Origin: Candidatus Latescibacterota bacterium
GTDB lineage: Bacteria > Latescibacterota > UBA2968 > UBA8231
Length of the DNA: 64,000 nucleotides
NCBI GenBank assembly: GCA_007136405.1
Contig: SLHA01000132.1
Span: 3,814 to 67,813, forward strand
Direction: 5' to 3'
The notes below the pieces were generated by a model, which saw only the letters and a program-made list of their open reading frames with translations, did no database searches and had not been told where the DNA came from. The number at the start of each line of letters is the position of its first letter. Positions within the stretch are counted from its first letter, which is position 1. Below, piece after piece: positions 27,980 to 37,248 of the stretch. The position numbers were made by a program, and so were the translations under genes.

Positions 27980-28202
27980 CAGCGCACGCATCGGCACGCG
28001 ACGGTGATGCAATGCGCCTGTTCTGTCTGCCCGGCTCAACCTGCCGGACGGCGTCCATGCTCTCCGCATCAGCGGCCCCACGCTCTCGGTTGCCGTCACC
28101 GTGGCCCCATGGCGTTGCTCAGCAGACGCTGTCGGCCTATGTTTACGCGCATAGTGTAGCGTCCATTCGACATCCGGGTTCGCGAAAGCTGGAGGAGCAC
28201 CG

Positions 28203-28505
28203 ATGAAATCCGCGTTAGAGCTGGCCATGGAGCGCGCCAACGCGTCTCTTGGCGACCAGAAGATCCAGTTGACGGCCCAGCAGAAAGAGGCCATAGAGGA
28301 AGTCAAGCGCACCTACCAGGCCAAGCTTGCCGAGCAGGAAATCGCCCTTCAAGCAAAGCTGAATGACATGGATCTCCAGGCTGATCCCCGGCACCGGGCG
28401 GAAGCCCATAGGCAGGTAGAGCAGGAACTCAACCGGCTGCGCGAAACGTACAACGCCGAACGGGACGCCAAAATCCAGGCTATTCGAGATGACCAGTCAG
28501 CGTGA
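28203..28505 (+). CDS. Hypothetical small coiled-coil protein
   Basis: 100 aa, Lys/Glu/Gln/Ala-rich with heptad-like spacing. Strong GGAGGAG lies 5 nt upstream of the ATG. Confidence 0.55.
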   Translation: MKSALELAMERANASLGDQKIQLTAQQKEAIEEVKRTYQAKLAEQEIALQAKLNDMDLQADPRHRAEAHRQVEQELNRLRETYNAERDAKIQAIRDDQSA

Positions 28506-28539
28506 CCCGGACAGCCACGCCGGCAGCTCGCTGCATGTC

Positions 28540-28628
28540 ATGGCGAAAATCCGCATCATGGCGAAAATCTGCCTTACTGCAGGAATCCGACCCATGGCGG
28601 AAATCCGCGCCATGACGCAAATCCGCGG
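28540..28628. repeat. Degenerate 18-bp tandem repeat (about 4-5 units) with core CATGGCG-AAAATCCGC, between convergent genes and 34 nt downstream of the C25 peptidase stop
   Basis: Units are catggcgaaaatccgcat, catggcgaaaatctgcct, a degenerate unit, ccatggcggaaatccgcg and ccatgacgcaaatccgcg. Confidence 0.85.
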
Positions 28629-28661
28629 GTGATGCCTACCGCCCCGCGCGGGGCGGCACGT

Positions 28662-31600
28662 TCAACGCACCACGACCAGGGCGCCACGGGTCTGCACGCG
28701 TTCAGTTCCCGACCTGGCACTGACACGGAACAAGTATGTTCCATTAGCCAGCAGCGCTCCACTGGCATCCCGGCCGTCCCATTCCACCTGGCGGAACCCC
28801 GGTCCCTGGGTATACGGCCCCAGGAACCGGATCAGCCTCCCACTCATCGTGAACAACTCCACCTGGACTTCGGCGCGGGTGCTCATCTCGTAAGTGAAAG
28901 CCGCGGTGTCCCGCACGGGGTTGGGCCACACCAGCGGATTCTCCAGCTGCAGGGCCGCCATCTCATCGGTAATCAGGACCACCGGTACCCTCTCATCCGC
29001 CCGTACCGGACCTGACGCGGGTGCTGTGAGGCGCGCGTAAAGCCGGACATCAGGCGGCGGGACATCCACCTGCTCCACGATCACATCACGCATTTCGCCC
29101 ACACCCAGCCTTCCGACACCCATCCGCACCAGCGGTTCGGACCGGTCGCTGCGCTCGAGGACCAGCTCCGCGTCTTCTACGCCGAAAGAAGACAGGTTGC
29201 GAATCACGGCGCGTATTTGCAGCGCTCCGGCCCGCGGTCTGCCCGTGGCCGCCTCGACCCTCAGATTCGGCCGGTGTCGGAAGGCGACGGCCCAGGAGGC
29301 GAATCCCCCCGGACCCGCCTCGCGACGCAACAGAGTGCGCAGACGAATACGCGGGTGTTGTTCGGCATCGAGTGCGCTCAGATCCACCCAACCTTCGGCA
29401 TCGGCGCTGTAAGGCCCGTCAAAGGATCGCCAGGCATGGCCTGTCTCGACCAGCACATCGACCGGTAAGGCGCCGGGCTCGTCCATGACTCCGTAAAGAC
29501 GCAACGCCTCCCAGGCTGCGGCAGGACCGATCGGCGGCGAAGTGACACTGGCCGAGTCGACATACACCAGTCCGGCATACCGGTAGATGCCCGGACTCAT
29601 GAGATCGCCCAGCCAGACCTTGTTGTTGATCCAGTCGTACTGACCGGAGATGACCCCGGTTTCTGCCTGATCGCTCACCCATTCATCCAGGAACGTACCG
29701 TCATACGCATCCACCATGCGTATGCGGCGCGGATTCTCGTCGCCGATCCGGCGCCATTCGATGAAATACAGACGCTCGCCATCCGCCAGTATACCGTCGG
29801 TGAACTCATAGGTGAAACCGGACTCCGTGGGAGGCGAAACGAACTCGCGCACCAGGCTCCAGCCCGCCGCGGGATCGAAAACGCGCACGCTCCATTCCCG
29901 TCGCCTGCCCCTGTCCGAGCTCATCGATACATTGTAGATCAGCCGTCCGTCCGAAGTGATCATCGAGGGTCCGTCCCGCAGCTGGCCGCTGCGTATCTCC
30001 AGCAGGCCGGCAGGCACCTGCACCGTATCCAGTACCCCGGTCTGCGGATGGATACGCTCGAGTTCGTAGGTCCGGCCGCTCTCCGAATAGATGTATCCGT
30101 CGCCGTGGTAGGTAGCCGCGATACCTCCGCTCGTCGAGTCCGCCAGAACACCGTAATTCCGGCCCGCTACGGTACCGCCGTATCCCGTGCCGATCCGCGT
30201 GAAATAGTCCGTACCGGGGTAGATCGTGGAGTCATCGAAATACCAGCGTTTGACGTACAGGTACACGCCGTCCGTGCAGACCACCCCAGCCCCGGTCAGA
30301 CCGCTCCCGGGAAAGCCGTCTTCGCGCGTGGCCTCGCCAGGACGCAGGGGGCCCGTAACCGGGGTCAGGCGCACGGTGTCGTCGATCAACGCCAGACTGT
30401 CGTTCATGCTGGCGTGCCATTGCAGTCCCGTCTGACTCCACGTCATGCCGTCCCCGAAGGGATCGACGCGGAACGTATGCACCGCGCTCCAGGATCCAAC
30501 CGCCGCGTCCGTGCGTAACCTTGCCTGCCAGAAATATGGGCGTCGATGATCCAGCACATGGATATCGATATGCTCCAGCGGCCACTGGCACAAGCCCCCC
30601 TCTGCGGGCAGCGCCGACAGAGTCATGGTGTCTTCCGGCGGCAAACCGGGGTACGGGGACACACGCATGTCGCACCTGTACGGGCCGCCCTCGTAGGGCA
30701 CGGCCGCCATCAACAGCGGCGGTGCCGCATCGATGATCGCGCCCGCGGCTGGAGCGATGAGCACCGGCATCAGAGGCTCGAGTATGTCCACCCGCGTAAC
30801 CATCCGGTTGTTGTCCGTACGTTCCTCCCGTAAGACCGCATCCGGATCGATGACGAACTCGAGCTCGTACTCCCCGCGCCGGTCGCCGGTAGCCCAGTCG
30901 ATGGACAGTTCCCGCTTCCCGGGGAATCCGGGAAGCGCTCGTGTCAGCAGAGTTTCCGGCACAGCGGTGGCCGTTTCGCTCAACGGCCAGGCGCGCAGGA
31001 GCACCTGCACACTGTCGGCCGTGCTCCTGGCCAGGTTTCGCACGGTCACGTCCACCCGGGCAACCGTCTCACCGTGCAGCGGTTCCGGAGAGACTTTCAT
31101 TGCGGCCGCCTTGTAATCCGGCAGTCGTGGCAGTGCCAGCGACTGCGCCGGATCGCCGAAGAGCTGCATGGTCAACGCCGACTCGTCGAAACTGGGGTTG
31201 GCGGCCAGAGTCCTGATCTTGGCGCGGTCCAGCACCGGTCCGAACTCGAGCTTGGACTCGGTGAAGAACTGGGAAAACATGAAATCGCCGAGCAAGGCGT
31301 TCTGCCCCGGTCGGCTCTGCGCCGTAGCCGTGACGTAAGCGATCACACCGCCCGCCGGCGTCGTGGTAAAGGCCTCGGCGATGCTCTGAATACCCGGATG
31401 CGTGAACATGCCGTTCAGACACGACAGGGCCATACCGAAGGGCAGACGCGGCCCGTTGTTCACCTGACCCATGAAATCCAGTTCGCGGAATTGCAGGGAG
31501 AAAAAGTACCACATGCTGCCTGACGAACCGTGTCCATTGAAGGTGAGCAGCAGAGCCCCGCGCTCCAGTTCCGCCATGAACTCCGCAGACTGATCGTTCG

Positions 31601-33992
31601 GAATCATGGTCTCGTCCGGGTTGCGGATCTTGACCGATTGCAGACCGTAGGGTTCGGTATAGCGCGCCGCCAGCGAGTCGTTGAACGCGGCGAATTCGTT
31701 GGCCGGGTGGTAGCCGCCCAAATACAGGGCCCGGCTGCGCCAATCCCCGGGTGCCGGCTCGCCATCGTACGCGATGATCTTGTCCACCAGGACATCCGCT
31801 TCACGCGGGTTCGACGCCAGTAGTCGGCCCACCGACAGATCAGGCAACAGATCGTCACCGTCGACCAGACTGTAGAGAAAATCGCTGGGGGCGCGTCCCC
31901 GGCCTCTGGACTGGTAATACAGCGTGGGCACGAAGAGCGGCACGCCGTACCCCAGAATATCCCGGTAGTCATGCGTGTCGTTGCCGAAGAGCACCACGTA
32001 GGCCGGGGGCTCGGTCCACCGGGCGTAAGCGTACTGGATGAAATCAGCGATGGCTCCGGCAGCCACGCGACCGTAGTTGAACTCGTCGTAGATATCCTGC
32101 GTCGACACGACAGCCGTACGCAGACCCCGGCCCCGACGATGCGCCGCCAGGCGTTCCGCCGCCGGCAGCAGGCCCGGCGGCGCAATGACCACGAACTCGG
32201 CGCGATGGCCGGTCAAGCGCCAGTCGGACGGTGCGGCGCGTTCACCCGCGGGTTCCAGCCACGCCATGCTGTCCGCCAGGACGTATTTGCCCCCGGAACC
32301 ACCGGTCCGATCCTCGAAGGTCAACCGCATACCGTTGGCCGTACTGTCCAGCTGCATGTCCGTGAGCCGCACGCCGCGCTCCGGATCCAGCAACGCCACA
32401 TGACGGTGACGCAGGCCGGATACGCTGATCCGGTGCTCGGTGGAATGGGGCAGCTCGAAGGCCAGGTAACCGGCGCGGGCTTCAAAGCGCCGGCGGTAGT
32501 CGATCTCGAACCAGTCCATGTAGACCTGGGCGAACTTTTCCTGGTCCGCGTACACCTGCACCACGATCCGGTTGATGCTGTCGCGCAGAGCCGCAGCCGG
32601 CACGGCATTCTCGAAGACGATGCCGACCTGCCCGACATCCCGCCCACCCCATACACTGTCAGCGATGGTGTGGCCGGTGGCCAGCCGGACGACGGTGTTG
32701 TGTGCCGTCGGCATGCCTCCATGCAGGGCCACGCGCACCCGCGCCGTATAGTCCTGATCCAGCACGGGTGCGTCGATCACTCCGGGGAAGACACCCGATC
32801 CCGGAACCGTGGGACTGCTCGCGTCGATCCGGTGCCAGAACCAGTGTTCGCGTTCGATGTCGGGAGCGCCGATGAGCGGGTCGTACACATGGTCGACCTG
32901 GGCATGGAGTGTGGTCCAGAAATCCGTTCGAACCGGGTATCCGTGCACTGGAGCACCGGTTACGTCGGTGTAGCGGCGTCCGGCCGGCCCGCCCCAGGTA
33001 AGCCAGTAGATGTCGCGCCGCCCGTACGGGCTCTCGAAGTCGTGTTCACCGCGGCGGAAACGGCCGGCAAACAGCAGGTAGTCGCCATGATCCAGCGTCC
33101 CGTTAGCCTCGCCGGCAACGTAGAGTGGCTGCTCTATCCCCTGGTGAAACAGGCGAAAAGTGCGCGGATCGATCCTGGCAGTGTCCATGAACTGCGACAG
33201 CCATTCCCGGTCCATCCGGTAGATCCCGTCTTCCTCCACATGCACCCTGAGCCATGGCCTGCCGCGATCATACCAGTAGTCGACCGCCGGCCTGGCGCGA
33301 GGGCGAGCCTGACGCCAGGCTGCCGCCTGCGTGGGATTGATGAATACGTCGTGAAGCGCGCAGGGCTGCCGCGTCGAGTGGCGGCCGGCGCCGGTCCCGC
33401 CACCGACAAATTCGACTTTGACGCGCATCTGGTGGTAGACCCGCAATTCCCGGCGGCCGGGGTGATACTGGAGGGGGTAAATCCGCAGCGCGTGGGCCGC
33501 CACGCCGCGCAACACACCGGCAGGATCGGTCTCCGCGTACAGTCCGGGCAGGAAACCTTCCGGCGAAGCACGATCGATGTCTGCCGCGGAATCGATCGAC
33601 AGCAGGTCAACCGCTTCGAGGGTGGTGTATTCACCGGGCATCACTATGAGTCTCAGGATCGATCCCGCAGGCGCCGCGACCAGGCAGGCTTGGTACGGCA
33701 GCAGGGACAGGCTGGCTTCTGCGGTAAGCCCGAAAGCCGACCAGTCGATCGCACCACCCTTCTGCATCTCACGTACCAGACGGTCTATTGCCGCTCCGGG
33801 TATCTCTACCATGACCTCCAGCCCATGGTCATGGGCGTCGATCAGGTCCAACCGCGTTTGCGAGGAGACCGTCGCCGCACTGGCAGCGGTCATACAGAAA
33901 GCCCAGATCCACCAGCCGGCACACAGCAGACCAAGGCGGTACAGACCGGCAATTCTCTGCCTGAGATCAGTCATGAACAGCTGTGCTCGCAT
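28662..33992 (-). CDS. Peptidase C25 (gingipain-like) family giant secreted protein with T9SS type-A-like C-terminal sorting domain
   Basis: 1776 aa. Catalytic-type motifs FNGHGSSG (His) and ALSCLNG (Cys). N-terminal signal-like segment. C-terminus WPNPVRDTAAFTY...VELFTMSGRLI...WDGRDASGALLANGTYLFRV. Confidence 0.85.
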   Translation of the reverse strand: MRAQLFMTDLRQRIAGLYRLGLLCAGWWIWAFCMTAASAATVSSQTRLDLIDAHDHGLEVMVEIPGAAIDRLVREMQKGGAIDWSAFGLTAEASLSLLPYQACLVAAPAGSILRLIVMPGEYTTLEAVDLLSIDSAADIDRASPEGFLPGLYAETDPAGVLRGVAAHALRIYPLQYHPGRRELRVYHQMRVKVEFVGGGTGAGRHSTRQPCALHDVFINPTQAAAWRQARPRARPAVDYWYDRGRPWLRVHVEEDGIYRMDREWLSQFMDTARIDPRTFRLFHQGIEQPLYVAGEANGTLDHGDYLLFAGRFRRGEHDFESPYGRRDIYWLTWGGPAGRRYTDVTGAPVHGYPVRTDFWTTLHAQVDHVYDPLIGAPDIEREHWFWHRIDASSPTVPGSGVFPGVIDAPVLDQDYTARVRVALHGGMPTAHNTVVRLATGHTIADSVWGGRDVGQVGIVFENAVPAAALRDSINRIVVQVYADQEKFAQVYMDWFEIDYRRRFEARAGYLAFELPHSTEHRISVSGLRHRHVALLDPERGVRLTDMQLDSTANGMRLTFEDRTGGSGGKYVLADSMAWLEPAGERAAPSDWRLTGHRAEFVVIAPPGLLPAAERLAAHRRGRGLRTAVVSTQDIYDEFNYGRVAAGAIADFIQYAYARWTEPPAYVVLFGNDTHDYRDILGYGVPLFVPTLYYQSRGRGRAPSDFLYSLVDGDDLLPDLSVGRLLASNPREADVLVDKIIAYDGEPAPGDWRSRALYLGGYHPANEFAAFNDSLAARYTEPYGLQSVKIRNPDETMIPNDQSAEFMAELERGALLLTFNGHGSSGSMWYFFSLQFRELDFMGQVNNGPRLPFGMALSCLNGMFTHPGIQSIAEAFTTTPAGGVIAYVTATAQSRPGQNALLGDFMFSQFFTESKLEFGPVLDRAKIRTLAANPSFDESALTMQLFGDPAQSLALPRLPDYKAAAMKVSPEPLHGETVARVDVTVRNLARSTADSVQVLLRAWPLSETATAVPETLLTRALPGFPGKRELSIDWATGDRRGEYELEFVIDPDAVLREERTDNNRMVTRVDILEPLMPVLIAPAAGAIIDAAPPLLMAAVPYEGGPYRCDMRVSPYPGLPPEDTMTLSALPAEGGLCQWPLEHIDIHVLDHRRPYFWQARLRTDAAVGSWSAVHTFRVDPFGDGMTWSQTGLQWHASMNDSLALIDDTVRLTPVTGPLRPGEATREDGFPGSGLTGAGVVCTDGVYLYVKRWYFDDSTIYPGTDYFTRIGTGYGGTVAGRNYGVLADSTSGGIAATYHGDGYIYSESGRTYELERIHPQTGVLDTVQVPAGLLEIRSGQLRDGPSMITSDGRLIYNVSMSSDRGRRREWSVRVFDPAAGWSLVREFVSPPTESGFTYEFTDGILADGERLYFIEWRRIGDENPRRIRMVDAYDGTFLDEWVSDQAETGVISGQYDWINNKVWLGDLMSPGIYRYAGLVYVDSASVTSPPIGPAAAWEALRLYGVMDEPGALPVDVLVETGHAWRSFDGPYSADAEGWVDLSALDAEQHPRIRLRTLLRREAGPGGFASWAVAFRHRPNLRVEAATGRPRAGALQIRAVIRNLSSFGVEDAELVLERSDRSEPLVRMGVGRLGVGEMRDVIVEQVDVPPPDVRLYARLTAPASGPVRADERVPVVLITDEMAALQLENPLVWPNPVRDTAAFTYEMSTRAEVQVELFTMSGRLIRFLGPYTQGPGFRQVEWDGRDASGALLANGTYLFRVSARSGTERVQTRGALVVVR

Positions 33993-34157
33993 CGATCAGG
34001 GAATGCACTGAGACGTTACCGGAACGACAGCTCCGACCGCGGCACACCCATCTTCCTGGCGGTAACGGGAACGCGAAGCAGCGGTAGTGCCCTGAACGAT
34101 ATGTCTGCCGCAGGCCGGCTCGGCCTGCCAGGCTGGCTCGCTTTGGTTCCCGCACGA

Positions 34158-34178
34158 GTTTTGCACGCGTTTTGCACG
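34158..34178 (+). promoter_or_regulatory. Direct repeat gttttgcacg x2 with 11-bp period; also a near match to a sigma-54 -24/-12 element (TTGCACG-N4-TTGCA)
   Basis: Copies at 34158-34167 and 34169-34178, about 235 nt upstream of hpf on the same strand. The -24 GG is TG here, so the sigma-54 match is imperfect. Confidence 0.3.
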
Positions 34179-34408
34179 AACAAAGACAGGCATTGAATGT
34201 ACGCATCAACGGTCCCGGCGACACCCCGTCTGGCAGCGAGCCGCCACGGGACACCGGGATGCCCGGGCGGCTGGTTGACCTGAGTGTGGATGATGATATC
34301 TTCACCGTACGGTGAGGGTGTTCCGGATCAGGCCTGACAGGCGCCCAAGCTGCTGAGTGCCCCGCACAGATCCGGCACGCCACGGCCTTCCCACAGAAAG
34401 GAGAAGCG

Positions 34409-34699
34409 ATGCTACCCAGGATCAGTGCACGCCATGCGAAGATTTCGCCGGAAACCAAGGAGCACATAGAAGGAGTCTGTGAAAAACTCGGTCAATTCTG
34501 CGACGAGATCATCGACTGTGAGGTCATGATCGAGAAATCCAAGGCAGGAACCGGGGTGGAACTCGTGCTCAAGGTCCCCCAGCACACTTTGACCGCATCA
34601 GCTTGTGATGAAAACCTCTTCAAAGCGCTCTCCGAGGCCAGGGAGCGGATGGAAGTCCAACTGAAGAAGTATCACGACAGAATCCTCGTGCATCGCTGA
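34409..34699 (+). CDS. hpf: Ribosome hibernation promoting factor / RaiA family (short form)
   Basis: 96 aa. The layout ISPETKEHIEGVCEKL...VELVLKVP...LTASA..ENLFKALSEARERMEVQLKKY matches the HPF/YfiA family. AAGGAG lies upstream of the ATG. Confidence 0.8.
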   Translation: MLPRISARHAKISPETKEHIEGVCEKLGQFCDEIIDCEVMIEKSKAGTGVELVLKVPQHTLTASACDENLFKALSEARERMEVQLKKYHDRILVHR

Positions 34700-34732
34700 T
34701 ACTCCGGTATCGTCATCTCCAGGCATCAACGG

Positions 34733-34768
34733 ACGGCCGCTGGTATTGCACCGGCGGCCGTTTCACTT
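34733..34768. terminator. Candidate bidirectional terminator hairpin between convergent hpf and lrp-like genes
   Basis: ACGGCCGC (34733-40) pairs with GCGGCCGT (34754-61) across a 13-nt loop. It is followed by ttcactt, a weak U-tract. Confidence 0.4.
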
Positions 34769-34799
34769 GCTGACGCGAGGCTGCTCTGGCGTCCTGAAG

Positions 34800-35375
34800 T
34801 CATTCGGCGAAAATGGCGGCATCCGGCCAGTCCGGCGCCAGGAAGCCGTCCTGCATGTTGACCAGCGGCATGTAGTTGTGTTCCCGGCGGATTGGATCCA
34901 GCAACCGGATCGTATGCAGATCGACGATGGAATCCGCCCCGTGGTTTTTCTGCAGAGACGGGATGATCTTGCCCTGGATGCTCTCGGCGATGTCGCTGTC
35001 GGACTCGCCTTCGATGATCATGACCAGGGCGATGTGACCGTCCGTTTCGGCGATGAAGCTGTACCGGATCAACTCGTAGAATACATTGATCACATTGGGT
35101 TCGCTGCGGATTTCCTGCACGATCTGACCGCGCGTCACCCCCAGCTTGAACTTGATGATCAGCATGTGCTGAGCCGTGAACCGGCCGGTGCCCGCAGCCT
35201 GCATCTCCACCACGGTGCAATAGGACAGGATACCGTCCTTTTCCAGCCGCGCCCGCTTGCGGCTGACGGTGCGCACGGGCACGCCTGTCAGGGTGCTGAT
35301 GCGATTGTCCGAACAGCGCGGATTACGCACCAGGGCGCGGATGATCAGTTTGTCCTGTGCATCCAGTTTTCTCAT
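34800..35375 (-). CDS. Lrp/AsnC family transcriptional regulator
   Basis: N-terminal HTH LDAQDKLIIRALVRNPRCSDNRISTLTGVPVRTVSRKRARLEKDGIL followed by a RAM-like beta-alpha-beta region. Its start forms an ATGA overlap with the upstream amidohydrolase stop. Confidence 0.75.
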   Translation of the reverse strand: MRKLDAQDKLIIRALVRNPRCSDNRISTLTGVPVRTVSRKRARLEKDGILSYCTVVEMQAAGTGRFTAQHMLIIKFKLGVTRGQIVQEIRSEPNVINVFYELIRYSFIAETDGHIALVMIIEGESDSDIAESIQGKIIPSLQKNHGADSIVDLHTIRLLDPIRREHNYMPLVNMQDGFLAPDWPDAAIFAE

Positions 35376-36220
35376 GAGCGCAACCCCAGGACCGACAGGC
35401 TGTCCCGCTGCAGGACCGCCTCCAGTTGGGCGCTGTCCAGACGGGGCAATGCCGTACCGCGCAACATGTCGTTCAACCGTCGTAGCCCGTCAAGCGAGTC
35501 ATCGACTGTGGTGAAGGGATAGTCGCTGCCAAACAGCACCTTGTGCCATACGCCGTATTCCTGCACCAGCATCAGGCTATGGTACAACTGGAATGGACGA
35601 TAATGCAGCGCACTGAGGTCGGCGTAGACTTGCGCGTGCTTGCGGATGACCGCCACGCACTCCCCTTCGTAAGGATGCGCCAGATGCGCCAGGACCAGCG
35701 TCAGCTCCGGGTGGCGCCGCGCCACATCATCCACATGGCGTGGCAACGTGCATTCCAGTGGCGCCTGCGAGACGAACGTGGTGCCGGCGTGAAGCACAAC
35801 CGGCATCCCGTGCCGCAGGGCATACTGCCACAACGGATTCAGACGCGTGTCGTTGGGAAAAAAACCAGCGTACATCGGCAATAGCTTGATCCCGCCAAGG
35901 CCCAGTTCCTGGTGCCCGCGGCGCAGTTCGTACTCCCAGCCCGGCTGGGTGGGATCGACCGAAAGAAAGCCAGTCAGTCGATCCGGATCTGCTTTCACGT
36001 AGTCTGCCACGTAGTCATCCTCCACCCACAGACCAGCCAGCCTGGCCTTGCCGCCGAACACGATGCTGTGATCGCATTGCGTGGCGCCAGCCCGGTATGC
36101 CGCGTAGGACACGGTGAGATCGAGGTCCTGGCCGCCGCGCGCCCTTCGGGCCTGTTCGCGGGCGGCGGCACTGAAGTGCCGGCTGTAGTCCCACACGTGG
36201 CTGTGCATATCGATGACCAT
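35372..36220 (-). CDS. Amidohydrolase-2 family (TIM-barrel metal-dependent hydrolase)
   Basis: Start at MVIDMHSHVW (HxH metal motif), with GGAGAA upstream. C-terminal FGSDYPF. The 204 upstream codons of the track ORF overlap the preceding gene and are not protein-like. Confidence 0.8.
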   Translation of the reverse strand: MVIDMHSHVWDYSRHFSAAAREQARRARGGQDLDLTVSYAAYRAGATQCDHSIVFGGKARLAGLWVEDDYVADYVKADPDRLTGFLSVDPTQPGWEYELRRGHQELGLGGIKLLPMYAGFFPNDTRLNPLWQYALRHGMPVVLHAGTTFVSQAPLECTLPRHVDDVARRHPELTLVLAHLAHPYEGECVAVIRKHAQVYADLSALHYRPFQLYHSLMLVQEYGVWHKVLFGSDYPFTTVDDSLDGLRRLNDMLRGTALPRLDSAQLEAVLQRDSLSVLGLRS

Positions 36221-36258
36221 GGGCTTTTCTCCGATGGGGCCGCAGCACCGATCCGGTT

Positions 36259-37248
36259 TTACTCCCCGGGTCTCTGGTACCTGGCCGGGGTATGCGCTGT
36301 GTCCAGCAGCGCCTGCGCTGAGGGAAACAGCAATTCCGCCTGTGCCTGCGTTATGGTGCCACTGTGCCCGGTAGTCCGCAACCGGATCCAGGTGTCCTGG
36401 TCTGATGCTCGCGCCCCAACTTCCAGCGTGTCCTGCCGGCCGGTGTGGTCGGTCAGAATCAACATGCGCGGCTTCTCTGCGACCTCGAACCTGGCCGGAT
36501 GCTGGAGCCGGGTGAACGTCAGTCGGCGCAGATAGGCGACGTAGGCCCGGACGCTGGCATCCACCCCGTCTTCCTCGCGGGTGTCCGTTACGAGCCGCCA
36601 GATACGCTGCGGAGGCCCGGCAGGCGACGGCGTGCCCGTAAAGACCTGCTCGAGCCGGAGTTGGGGCATGCCGTCGGCCGGCAGTATGGTGACCGCAGTT
36701 GCCGGTCCCAGACCCAGCCCCGCAGGCAACACCCGGAGGTCCACCAGCGGTCGCAGCGGGTGTCCCAACGGCAGTCGAGGATTGGTGTGAACGTGATACA
36801 CCTGATCCTCGTCCGCGAAGCGCATATAGCACTCCCGGCCACCGGTGCCCGGTACCGCGTCACCCACCTGGACAGCGACCATGGCGCGCCCCTGCACATC
36901 GCGCAGGATCACATCGACACGCCGGTCATCCGCCAGCCCGTGTTCGTCCGCACCGTCGGCCGGTGTCCCGCTGCATCCACGCAGCGCCCGCAGCAGTCCC
37001 TCCAGTCGAGCGGGATCGGCAAAGGCATCATGATAGGCGGGATAACGCCAGGCCCCCTGATGGTACACATAGCGCCATTGACGCCCCCCGAAGTGTATAT
37101 CGACGATACGCGGTTCAATCCGCGGCGGAACGATCTGGACGATGGTGGACTGGTGCGTCCGGAGACGCTGCTGCCTGCGCCCGATGATACGTTCCGCTGC
37201 CAGCAGCACGGCCAGTATGACGACCAGGCCGGAGGTGTACCGTATCAC
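36259..37248 (-). CDS. DUF4340-like protein (accessory protein commonly found next to GldG-type ABC auxiliary components)
   Basis: One N-terminal TM segment (YTSGLVVILAVLLAA) followed by a soluble domain. Its position after the GldG-like gene fits the known arrangement. A GTG start at 37248 forms a GTGA overlap with the upstream stop and has GAGGAGG 8 nt upstream. The ATG at 37332 is the alternative start. Confidence 0.6.
   Translation of the reverse strand: MIRYTSGLVVILAVLLAAERIIGRRQQRLRTHQSTIVQIVPPRIEPRIVDIHFGGRQWRYVYHQGAWRYPAYHDAFADPARLEGLLRALRGCSGTPADGADEHGLADDRRVDVILRDVQGRAMVAVQVGDAVPGTGGRECYMRFADEDQVYHVHTNPRLPLGHPLRPLVDLRVLPAGLGLGPATAVTILPADGMPQLRLEQVFTGTPSPAGPPQRIWRLVTDTREEDGVDASVRAYVAYLRRLTFTRLQHPARFEVAEKPRMLILTDHTGRQDTLEVGARASDQDTWIRLRTTGHSGTITQAQAELLFPSAQALLDTAHTPARYQRPGE

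Noticed and set aside
27248-28312. 354-aa minus-strand ORF spanning two plus-strand genes
   Set aside because: Its composition is not protein-like. It overlaps the 100-aa plus-strand gene, which has a strong GGAGGAG Shine-Dalgarno, and the signal-peptide-bearing 228-aa plus-strand ORF. I preferred the plus-strand calls.
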